NCBI GenBank assembly: GCA_900550055.1
Contig: URQU01000003.1
Span: 15,661 to 79,660, forward strand
Length of the DNA: 64,000 nt
Reading direction: 5' to 3'
Source of the DNA: an uncultured Coriobacteriaceae bacterium
Lineage (GTDB): Bacteria; Actinomycetota; Coriobacteriia; Coriobacteriales; Eggerthellaceae
Shown: positions 28,160 to 36,475 of the stretch, in pieces
Layout of the letters: every line of letters starts with the position of its first letter
Numbering within the stretch: position 1 is the first letter of the stretch
Notes under the pieces: generated by a model
Databases searched by the model: none
What the model was told of the DNA's origin: nothing
The model's input: the letters and a program-made list of their open reading frames with translations, nothing else
Translations under genes and position numbers: made by a program

Positions 28160-29191
28160 ATGAACGACACGCAAGCGCAGGCGAGGCCGGTGAGGCCCAC
28201 GCTCGAGGAAGTCGAGGCCTACGTCCATGGGAAGGGCTACGACGTGCCCGGCGCCGCCAACGCCTTCTACGGCAACTTCTTCTACGCCTACCACGACGCC
28301 CGCGTCTGGCGGCGCGCGGACGGCACGCCGGTGGCCGACTGGAGGGCGGAGGCGGACACGTGGCATGAGAGGGGGCCGCACTACCTCGAACCGGAGCCAC
28401 GCGCCGCTGCCCCGGCACCCGCGGCGTCCGCTCTGGTCTCGGCGCCGGCACCCGAGGCCCCGGTCGCCTCGCCCGAGGCGCTTTCCGTCGGCGGTGCCCT
28501 GCCGCCGCTCGAGGTCGCCGACGTCGCGACCTTGGCCGCGACCGACCGCGCGTTCCATGAGGCGGTGGTCCGCAAGACCGGCATCCCGCCGCGCTTCGCA
28601 CGCCGCATCGCCGAGGGCGAGGCCGCCCCGGAGCATGCCTATGACGCGCGACTCGCGCGCGGCGGCGGGCTGTACATCTACGGCCCGCGCGGCGTGGGCA
28701 AGACCGAGCTGGCGTGCCGTATCGCCTACGACTACGCCGGCTCGCGCCTCGATCCCCGCTTCGGCAACTGGGCGTACCGTCCCGTCCCGAAGGGCAGGCC
28801 CAAGCACGGCGTCAGGTTCGTCGTCTCGGCCGACCTCATGACCGAGCTCCGCTCGACCTTCGACAAGGGAGGGGACAGCGAGGCCGACGTCATCCGCAGG
28901 TACGTGAACGTCCCGGTCCTGATCATCGACGACCTGGGCAAGGACTCCTCGACCCAGTGGGTGCTCGCGAAGCTGTTCCAGATCGTCAACGGCCGCTACG
29001 AGGCCGAGCGCGCCACGATCGTGACCAGCCAGTACACCCAGGCCGGCCTCGCCGCGGTGCTGTCGGAGTACGGCCGCAAGGAGGACGCCCTGGCGATCGT
29101 CTCGCGCCTGGCCGAGATGACCGAGCGCGTCAAGGTCGACGGCCCGGACCGCCGCATGGCGCCCTGCGACGCCGAGGGGGCCGGGCGATGA
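28160..29191 (+). CDS. DnaC/IstB-like AAA+ ATPase (helicase-loader candidate)
   Basis: Walker A is GPRGVGKTELA and Walker B is LIIDDLGKD. The N-terminal 60 aa are paralogous to the C-terminus of the upstream rep-like protein. Confidence 0.75.
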   Translation: MNDTQAQARPVRPTLEEVEAYVHGKGYDVPGAANAFYGNFFYAYHDARVWRRADGTPVADWRAEADTWHERGPHYLEPEPRAAAPAPAASALVSAPAPEAPVASPEALSVGGALPPLEVADVATLAATDRAFHEAVVRKTGIPPRFARRIAEGEAAPEHAYDARLARGGGLYIYGPRGVGKTELACRIAYDYAGSRLDPRFGNWAYRPVPKGRPKHGVRFVVSADLMTELRSTFDKGGDSEADVIRRYVNVPVLIIDDLGKDSSTQWVLAKLFQIVNGRYEAERATIVTSQYTQAGLAAVLSEYGRKEDALAIVSRLAEMTERVKVDGPDRRMAPCDAEGAGR

Positions 29192-29388
29192 GCCGCCGGG
29201 CCCCGCAGGAGGGGCGCAGCTATGAGCAGGCCCTCTACTCCGTCGTCCTGCTGGTTCCGCGCCTCCCGAGGCCCGAGCGCACCCGGACGGTGAGGGTCCT
29301 GCTCGACTTCATCGCCGGCCTCTGGGAGCTGGACCGCTCGCGCGTCGATGCGGACTTCGCATCGCTCGTGCGCGGGCTTCCCCGCTGA
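29188..29388 (+). CDS. small hypothetical protein (ATGA-coupled to the loader gene)
   Basis: It is 66 aa and its start overlaps the upstream stop codon. Confidence 0.3.
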   Translation: MSRRAPQEGRSYEQALYSVVLLVPRLPRPERTRTVRVLLDFIAGLWELDRSRVDADFASLVRGLPR

Positions 29389-29935
29389 TGTCCGCATAGG
29401 TATGTGCATGAGCGTCCGCATATCTGCGCGTTTGCGCATGCACATACCCGCACAGAAGCACAGATGCGAGGGCGCGTATCCGCGCGCCCTTCTTGATGGA
29501 TTGAGGTTTCCCATGGAGAGGATCGAGGAGATGTCCGCCGAGCGGGCGGAGGGCATATCGCCGGGCTCTACGGCGACGAGCTGTACGGCCTCGAGCTCGA
29601 CGGCGAGGTTTCGGGCGAGGGGGCCATGCGGTGCCGGTACGCACCGGTCCATGATGAGGTGAGGGGCATCTGCGATGCGCTGGGGCAGGACTACGACCGC
29701 ATCGCGACCGATCGTGCCGGGATGCTCTGGGCGGGCGAGGGGATGCCTCACCGCTTCGACGCATGCTGCGAGATCAGCGACATCGCGAGGCGCCTGCGCG
29801 CCCAGTGCCGCGATGTCGCTTCCCGTTCGGAAAGCCCCGGGCCGCGGCGCCGGCCCCATCGCTAGCAGGCGCTAGCATCTTGCGGAAGGACACGCATGGG
29901 CCGAATGTGCCCGGACAACGGAATGGAGCTTCAAG

Positions 29936-30970
29936 ATGGACAGACGAGAGCTCGAGATCATGTTGAACGATGCCTTCGACCGCGGCATCGTCACGGCAAG
30001 GGCGGTAGAGGGAATCTATCCCCCCGCCGTCACGGTGGGAATCCTCGACGACCTCGGGCGCGAGATCGACTTCGGGCATGAAGGTAGCGGGTTGACGGTG
30101 TTTCTCCCTGGCATCGAGGACGATGCCCGTTTTGCCGGCTCGTGCAAGGCCCTCGGCGGCAAGGTGCCGCAGAACACCTATCGCATGGAACTTGTCTCGG
30201 CGATCGCCGGCGAGCTCATGGGCGCCGAGTCCGCCACCGCGCTCAGCGCCCTGGAATCCGCCCTGGACCGCGCGAGGCGAAGGGGCTACTGCGTGTTCGA
30301 CCGCGGCATCCACGGCGACGTCCCGGATCCCGGGCTGGTCTACCTGTGCTCGACCTACCCGGCGGCCGTCCGCCTGAAGGACTCCCTGGACTTCGTCCGG
30401 GCTCAGGGCAACGAGCCGGACCGTCACGCGCTCGGCACATACCGCATGGTGGACGGGTACTGCATCATGGGAGGGTTGGACGAGGTGCCGCTGGCGGACG
30501 CATACGCCGTGGATGCGGCCCTTATCGAGGACTGGGGTGTCGGCGATGCCGTCTTCCGCATCACCGACCTCAAGGCGAAGACGTTTTCGTATGCCGTCGA
30601 CGCCGACGGCGGGCAGAAGGCGTCGACGCTCGTCTACTACACCGATGAGGGCTCCGACCCGGTCCTCTTCCAGCAGACCGGCGGCGGCTGGCGCCTGGCG
30701 AGCGACAACTTCCTCGCCGAGAACTCGATCGTCGAAGACTTGGAGCGCGTCTATACCGGCGAAGTCTCGCCGGTATACCTCGATTCGCGAATCGTCGACA
30801 TGGAGGAGATGGCCGAGGCCTACGGCTGGGTGAGGCCGGGGAGGACCCCGGCCTCCATCGCCGCCGGCGCCCGGAAGGCCGCCGCGTCCTCGGCGGCCGA
30901 GGAATCCTCCCCCGGCAAGGTCGCCGCCGCGGCCCGCGAGGCCTCGAAGGACTCGGCTCCCCGACACTGA
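29936..30970 (+). CDS. hypothetical protein (344 aa)
   Basis: It is a non-repetitive, acidic, clean ORF with no motif I recognise. Confidence 0.5.
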   Translation: MDRRELEIMLNDAFDRGIVTARAVEGIYPPAVTVGILDDLGREIDFGHEGSGLTVFLPGIEDDARFAGSCKALGGKVPQNTYRMELVSAIAGELMGAESATALSALESALDRARRRGYCVFDRGIHGDVPDPGLVYLCSTYPAAVRLKDSLDFVRAQGNEPDRHALGTYRMVDGYCIMGGLDEVPLADAYAVDAALIEDWGVGDAVFRITDLKAKTFSYAVDADGGQKASTLVYYTDEGSDPVLFQQTGGGWRLASDNFLAENSIVEDLERVYTGEVSPVYLDSRIVDMEEMAEAYGWVRPGRTPASIAAGARKAAASSAAEESSPGKVAAAAREASKDSAPRH

Positions 30971-31069
30971 TACCATGGTGGGTGCGGATGCGCCCGCAGG
31001 CGCTTTGGCATACACACGCAAACGCTCAACCGCGCATCCGCACATACCCATGCATCCGCATCCGCATAT

Positions 31070-31309
31070 ATGCGTAAAAGGGGACGTGCCATGATTGGAA
31101 ACGTCTTGAAGCCCGACGGCACGGTGCATATCGAGCAGCAGGTCGGCAACATGCGGTACGACCTCACGACGGGACAGGTGGAGACGGTGGTCCCCGCGGC
31201 GGGCGCCACGAACCTCGTCTTCGGTGCCGACGGCCGCCCGCACGTCGAGCTCACGGCCGGCAGCATTCGCCAGGATCTGGGCAGGCCGGGTTTCGATACG
31301 CTCCTGTAG
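31070..31309 (+). CDS. small hypothetical protein
   Basis: It is 79 aa, and the start may be an internal ATG. Confidence 0.3.
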   Translation: MRKRGRAMIGNVLKPDGTVHIEQQVGNMRYDLTTGQVETVVPAAGATNLVFGADGRPHVELTAGSIRQDLGRPGFDTLL

Positions 31310-31584
31310 GTTCCGCAATCGCACATACGCATACACGTACACATACGCAGTTGCGCATACGTACACTCGCACAATGGAACACATGCACGTCGGCATATCT
31401 ACGCACATGCACATAGCCGCACACGCGCCCATCGGGCTCCAGCCTCGGTGGGCGCCTTGTTTCCGGCCGTTTTCCGTATCCGGTGTTTAAGCCGCCGGAT
31501 ACAGGGGATAACCACCTGAGGAGAAACGGACAGCGCCGAGGGAGGGCGCGCACCGGAATATTTCGGAAGGAATGTAGAACTGAA

Positions 31585-31977
31585 ATGAGAATACCCGCAA
31601 GGGCGCTGAAGCCGCTCGTCGCCATGGCCATAGCCGCAGCATCGTTCGGCTGCATCGCGCCCGCGGCTTACGCCGAGAACGCGACCGCCGCCGTGATTTC
31701 CGACGACGGTGATCATGTCGCCGCCGACGTCGACCTGAACGGAAGTGCGCCTGTCGGCGACGCGACCGAACAAGCCGATATGAAAAGCAGTCAGGGCGAA
31801 TCGGTTTCCGATGCGGAACCAGACGAGGCCTTGAAAGCATTCGAGGCCCTGATGACGGCCAACGACATCATTATAAGATCAGCGTTTTACTACATCTTAC
31901 TGCCGTCTCTCTTCGCGATGGCCTTGCCTCTGCTCTTATACGAATTGCTGGAGCTACATGATCGCCGCCGCCTTTGA
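31585..31977 (+). CDS. small secreted / membrane-anchored protein
   Basis: It has an N-terminal signal peptide ending AAYA and a C-terminal hydrophobic helix. Confidence 0.45.
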   Translation: MRIPARALKPLVAMAIAAASFGCIAPAAYAENATAAVISDDGDHVAADVDLNGSAPVGDATEQADMKSSQGESVSDAEPDEALKAFEALMTANDIIIRSAFYYILLPSLFAMALPLLLYELLELHDRRRL

Positions 31978-32094
31978 GTCCCGACGGTTGGACTGAACCG
32001 GTGTCGTGCCGATCGTGAGCCCGGTCCGCCCCCGACGGAGTTATCTATAACCGGGCGGCTCTGCCCGAGCCGCCCTTGAAGGGAAGGAAACCCT

Positions 32095-33501
32095 ATGATG
32101 CTTTTCGAATCTTTGATCTTCAACCTGCTCCCCGCAGCCGTCGGCATCATGGCCGTCGTGCTGGTGTTCGAGAGCTGCTGGCGCAAATGCCCGCCGGATA
32201 AGCTCATGATCGTCTCCGGCGCCGGCAAGATGCGCTCCGTCTCCGGCAAGGGAACCTTCGTGATCCCGCTCCTCCAGCGCGTGGACACCCTCTCGCTCGG
32301 TGCCGTGCAGGTGCAGCTGACCACCGAGAACGATATCCCGACGCAGGACGCAATCCTCATCCACGCCTGCGCCGTGGCGAACTTCCAGATCGGCCAGACC
32401 CCCGAGCTGATCGAGACCGCGTCCAAGAACTACCTGAATTTGGACAAAGAGGAGATGACGCGCCAGGTCACCGAGGTCATGCTGGGCAAGATGCGCGAGG
32501 TCATCGGCCAGATGGACCTCAAGGAGCTCATGCGCGACCGCGAGAGCTTCAACGCGAAGGTCTTCGGCGGCTCCAAGGACGACCTCGCCAACCTCGGCCT
32601 CGAGCTGCGCACCTTCAATGTGCAGGACTTCTCCGACTCCCAGGGCATCATCCGCTCCATGGGCGCCGATCAAGCGGCCGAGATTAAAAAGGAAGCCGAG
32701 CTGGCGCAGATCAAGGCGGCCGAGGAGGTCGCCATCCGCCAGAACCAGCTCGACTTGAAGCAGGCCGACCTCAAGAAGCAGGCCGACAAGGCGAAGGCCG
32801 AGGCCGATATGGTGAAGGCCACCGTGACGGCCGAGAAGCAGCGCGAGCTCTACATCGCCCAGCAGGAGGCCGAGATCGCCGCGGAGACCAAGAAGGTCGA
32901 GCTCGCCGAGCGCCAGGCGGACGTGAGGGAGCGCGAGCTGAACGCGACCGTGAAGAAGCAGGCCGAGGCCGACCGCTACGCCGCAGAGCAGGCGGCCGAA
33001 GCCGACCTCTACAAGCGCACGAAGCAGGCCGAGGCCGCCCGCATCGAGCGTCAGAACCAATCCGACGCCGAGCTGTATTCCGCCCAGAAGGACGCCGAGG
33101 GCATCCAGGCCCGCGCGAAGGCCGAGGCCGAGGCCACGCGCTTGAAGGGCGAGTCCGAGGGTGCGGCCGAGAAGGCCCACGGCGAGGGCGTCGCGGCGGG
33201 AATCAAGGCCCAGGCCGAGGCGTACAACGGCATGGATAACCCCTACCTGCTCGCCAACCGCTACATCGACATCATGCCCAAGGTAGCCGAGCAGGTTGCG
33301 AAGCCCCTCACTGCCGTCGATTCCATCAAGATGTACGGATCGGGCAACGCGCAAAAACTCGTAAAGGAGACTACATCGATTGTCGACCAGGTCGCATCCG
33401 GCCTGAAGGACAGCACGGGAATCGACCTGCCGTCCCTGCTGAACGGTCTGATCTCGAACCCCAATATCGATGCCGACTCCGCCGAGAACTCGGTGGAGTG
33501 A
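32095..33501 (+). CDS. flotillin-family SPFH protein (YqiK/FloA-like)
   Basis: An N-terminal hairpin TM and SPFH core are followed by a long Ala/Glu-rich coiled coil with EA repeats. Confidence 0.85.
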   Translation: MMLFESLIFNLLPAAVGIMAVVLVFESCWRKCPPDKLMIVSGAGKMRSVSGKGTFVIPLLQRVDTLSLGAVQVQLTTENDIPTQDAILIHACAVANFQIGQTPELIETASKNYLNLDKEEMTRQVTEVMLGKMREVIGQMDLKELMRDRESFNAKVFGGSKDDLANLGLELRTFNVQDFSDSQGIIRSMGADQAAEIKKEAELAQIKAAEEVAIRQNQLDLKQADLKKQADKAKAEADMVKATVTAEKQRELYIAQQEAEIAAETKKVELAERQADVRERELNATVKKQAEADRYAAEQAAEADLYKRTKQAEAARIERQNQSDAELYSAQKDAEGIQARAKAEAEATRLKGESEGAAEKAHGEGVAAGIKAQAEAYNGMDNPYLLANRYIDIMPKVAEQVAKPLTAVDSIKMYGSGNAQKLVKETTSIVDQVASGLKDSTGIDLPSLLNGLISNPNIDADSAENSVE

Positions 33502-33875
33502 TGGTCGTCCCGCTGATCGCCGCGGCCTTGCTGCTCGATTTCTTAGGCTGCATGATGCCCCTGGCATTGGTCGAGGACACCAAGGCATTTAAGGTCGGCG
33601 TGTTCCTGATTTGGGCGGCGCTGGTGGCGGATTCCGTCCTGATGGGCTTGTTCTATCCGAGGGAGCTGGCGGGGGTGAATCCCCTGTTGGCGGCAGGTCT
33701 CGAATCGATATGCCTCATCTGTGCCATGTATCCCCTGCATGGGTTCGCATCGAACTTGGCCCCCTGTGGCATCCGGGTCGATACTGCCGCGGCCCTCGCC
33801 TTCATAGACTTCCTCGTGACCGCTGTGGGATATGTCTCCCTGCTCTTGGGTACGATCTGGCTTATATTCTTCTAG
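33498..33875 (+). CDS. small 4-TM membrane protein coupled to the flotillin gene
   Basis: Its start overlaps the flotillin stop by ATGA. It is 125 aa and all hydrophobic helices. Confidence 0.5.
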   Translation: MMVVPLIAAALLLDFLGCMMPLALVEDTKAFKVGVFLIWAALVADSVLMGLFYPRELAGVNPLLAAGLESICLICAMYPLHGFASNLAPCGIRVDTAAALAFIDFLVTAVGYVSLLLGTIWLIFF

Positions 33876-34024
33876 GCTCGCAGGCATATGGACCTGTCGA
33901 CCATCAAGCCGGTGCCCTTCCGGCCCCGCAAGCCGGAGGGTTCCGAGGAGTAGTACCGGGGCGGGCCGCCCGCACGTCGCGCAGACCGTCGGGCGGCCTT
34001 TTACATCGAAGGGGAGTGTGCCCC

Positions 34025-34525
34025 ATGGAGGGGAAACGAAACCGCGGCGAGGTGACCGCCGAGCTTTCCGAGAAGGTATGGGCGAGGCTGTGCCGCGAGA
34101 ACGCCCTGGTCGCGAGCGAGGTCTGGGTCGATGACGCCCGCCGGGTCGATTTCGTGGCCTACAGGCCGCATCGTCCGCGCGACCGATCGTCGAACCATGC
34201 GACCGCCGCCGAGCTCGAGTCCGGCACCTTCACGTTCGTCGAGGTCAAGTCGTGTATGGACGATTTCACGAGCGGCCACGGCAGGACGTTCGAGGGCGAT
34301 GAGAACTGGCTGGTGTGCCCGCTCGAGCTCGCCGACTCGCTGGCTTCCAAAGGTATGCTGCCCAAGGGGGCGGCCGTGTACTCGCCCGACGCCCGCGGCG
34401 CCCTGCGGAAGCGCTACGACACTTCCGAATTCCGGCAGGTGCGCGTCGCCCCGGCAATCGAGCTGATATGGGCGATGCTGAGGCGGAAGAGCTCATGCGA
34501 GACCGGCGCCGGTTTTCCCGTATAG
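34025..34525 (+). CDS. PD-(D/E)xK nuclease-fold protein (restriction-endonuclease-like)
   Basis: The start is placed at MEGKRN, with a GAAGGGGAG RBS. The motifs VDFVAY and FVEVKSCMDDF give a D ... EVK core. Confidence 0.5.
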   Translation: MEGKRNRGEVTAELSEKVWARLCRENALVASEVWVDDARRVDFVAYRPHRPRDRSSNHATAAELESGTFTFVEVKSCMDDFTSGHGRTFEGDENWLVCPLELADSLASKGMLPKGAAVYSPDARGALRKRYDTSEFRQVRVAPAIELIWAMLRRKSSCETGAGFPV

Positions 34526-34963
34526 ATCACCGGCGCATCTGTCCGGATGCATATCCGCACATCGGCATACATACGCCGAGGCACATACGCGCACACGCAT
34601 ATATACACACCAGCACCATTGCACATATGCGCGCACGCATAAAGACATAGACGCACAGATGAACAGGCCGCGACCCCTTACGAGATCGCGGCCTGTTCTC
34701 GGACCGAAGTCCCACCCATGAAAGAAATCCGCGATGCCCGCATGGGAAAGACAAGCCGTTCGGCTGCGCGGGGCCCACATCATTCTGAGGCTATCGTACC
34801 CGTCTGCGCATCGGGGTATACGGGCGCGCGGGGAAATGCGCGGAAGCATATCCGCCCCGCCTTCAAAAACTTCCTATAGTTTCTGCAAAACCCCCGTTCA
34901 GCGTATATTTTTTCGCTTGCGCGGGTATCAATTCCCCGTTACTGGTCGAACGGATGACGGGAT

Positions 34964-36412
34964 ATGGAAATGGCAGACGGTGACCGCTTTACACCGGAAC
35001 AGGCCGAGGCGCTGAGCGCGCTGAGGGACGGGAGGAACGTGTTTCTCTCGGGCAACGCCGGCACGGGTAAGAGCTACGTGCTCAACGCCTTCATATCGGA
35101 CCTGAAGGCGCGCAACGTCGATTTCCTCGCCCTGGCGCCCACCGGCATCGCCGCGCTGAACCTCACGGACGGCTCGACGATCCACCGCACGCTGAAAATC
35201 GCGCCGGGGGTCTGCGCCCCCGATGGCCCCAAGGGGTCCCGCAAGGTGCTCGACGCCGCGAAGGTAATCATCATCGACGAGATCTCGATGTGCCGCATCG
35301 ACCTGTTCGACCACGTGATGGGGATGATCTCCCAGTCCATGACGCGCAACGGCGCGAAGCAGGTGGTCCTCGTCGGCGATTTCTTCCAGCTGCCGCCGGT
35401 CGTGACCGAACGCGACTCCGCGCTGCTGATGAAGTTCTATCCCGGAAACCTCCAGGGCTGGTGCTTCAAGTCGAGGTACTGGACCGGCTTCGATTTCGAG
35501 CCGCACGTCCTCAAGACGGTCGTGCGCCAATCCGACCCCGATTTCATCGACAACCTGAACCGCGCCCGCGTCGGCGACGCGTCGTGCCTCGATTACTTCA
35601 ACGCGCACTCGAAGAGCTCCCGCGCCTACCTGCCGAAGGACACGCTCGTGCTGTGCGCCAACAACCGCATCGCCGATTCGATCAACCGCGAGAACGTCGA
35701 CGCGCTCGACGCACCGAAGGTCGAGTTCGCGGCCGCCGCGACCGGCACGGTGTCAAACGGCGACAAGATGGCGCCGGAGAGGATCGTCCTGTGCCGCGGC
35801 GCCCGCGTGATGTCGCTCGTGAACAGCCCTCAGGAGGGTTACGTCAACGGCACGCAGGGCACCGTCACCGACGCGTCCGCGGACGCCGTGACGGTCGAGT
35901 TCGACGGGGTGGACGAGAAGGTCCGCATCGAGCGGCACAGATGGGAGATCAACAAGTCCGAGGCCGTCGTCGAGATGGACGATGAGGGCAGGCCCGTCAA
36001 CAGGGTCAAGACCGCCGTCGTGGGTGCCTATACCCAGATCCCGCTCAAGCTCGCCTACGCCATCACCATCCACAAGTCGCAGGGCCTGACGTTCGATGCC
36101 TGCTGCGTCCACACGAAGGTCTTCGCCGAGGGCCAGCTGTACGTCGGCCTGTCCCGCGTGCGCTCCGCCGCCGGCCTCACCGTGTTCCCCAAGATTGAGC
36201 CGAACCGCCTGATCGCCAGCCGCGAGGTCGTGGAGTTCTACGATTCCCTCGAGCACAGGATGGAGGAGCCGGTCCAAATCGTGTGCCCGCGCCGCTACGA
36301 GTCGCGGGTCCGCGCCTACATCCGAGACCTCATGGACGGCAGGGACCCCGACGCCCCCACGCCTCCCGCCCTGGAAGGCGCCCTGGAGAACAGCAAGGCG
36401 AATAAGCGGTAG
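34964..36412 (+). CDS. Pif1/RecD-family SF1 DNA helicase
   Basis: Walker A is GNAGTGKSYV and Walker B is IIIDEISM. The C-terminal motifs ITIHKSQGLTFD and VGLSRV are present. Confidence 0.8.
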   Translation: MEMADGDRFTPEQAEALSALRDGRNVFLSGNAGTGKSYVLNAFISDLKARNVDFLALAPTGIAALNLTDGSTIHRTLKIAPGVCAPDGPKGSRKVLDAAKVIIIDEISMCRIDLFDHVMGMISQSMTRNGAKQVVLVGDFFQLPPVVTERDSALLMKFYPGNLQGWCFKSRYWTGFDFEPHVLKTVVRQSDPDFIDNLNRARVGDASCLDYFNAHSKSSRAYLPKDTLVLCANNRIADSINRENVDALDAPKVEFAAAATGTVSNGDKMAPERIVLCRGARVMSLVNSPQEGYVNGTQGTVTDASADAVTVEFDGVDEKVRIERHRWEINKSEAVVEMDDEGRPVNRVKTAVVGAYTQIPLKLAYAITIHKSQGLTFDACCVHTKVFAEGQLYVGLSRVRSAAGLTVFPKIEPNRLIASREVVEFYDSLEHRMEEPVQIVCPRRYESRVRAYIRDLMDGRDPDAPTPPALEGALENSKANKR

Positions 36413-36475
36413 CGACAACGGAAATGGGAAGGCCGAATCTCCCGGCCTCCCCATTTCATTTTCGCGGGCGGATCG

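Noticed and set aside
32041-33588. 515-aa minus-strand ORF
   Set aside because: It is antisense to the flotillin gene, and the poly-Leu/Gly/Asp translation mirrors the EA-repeat coiled coil.
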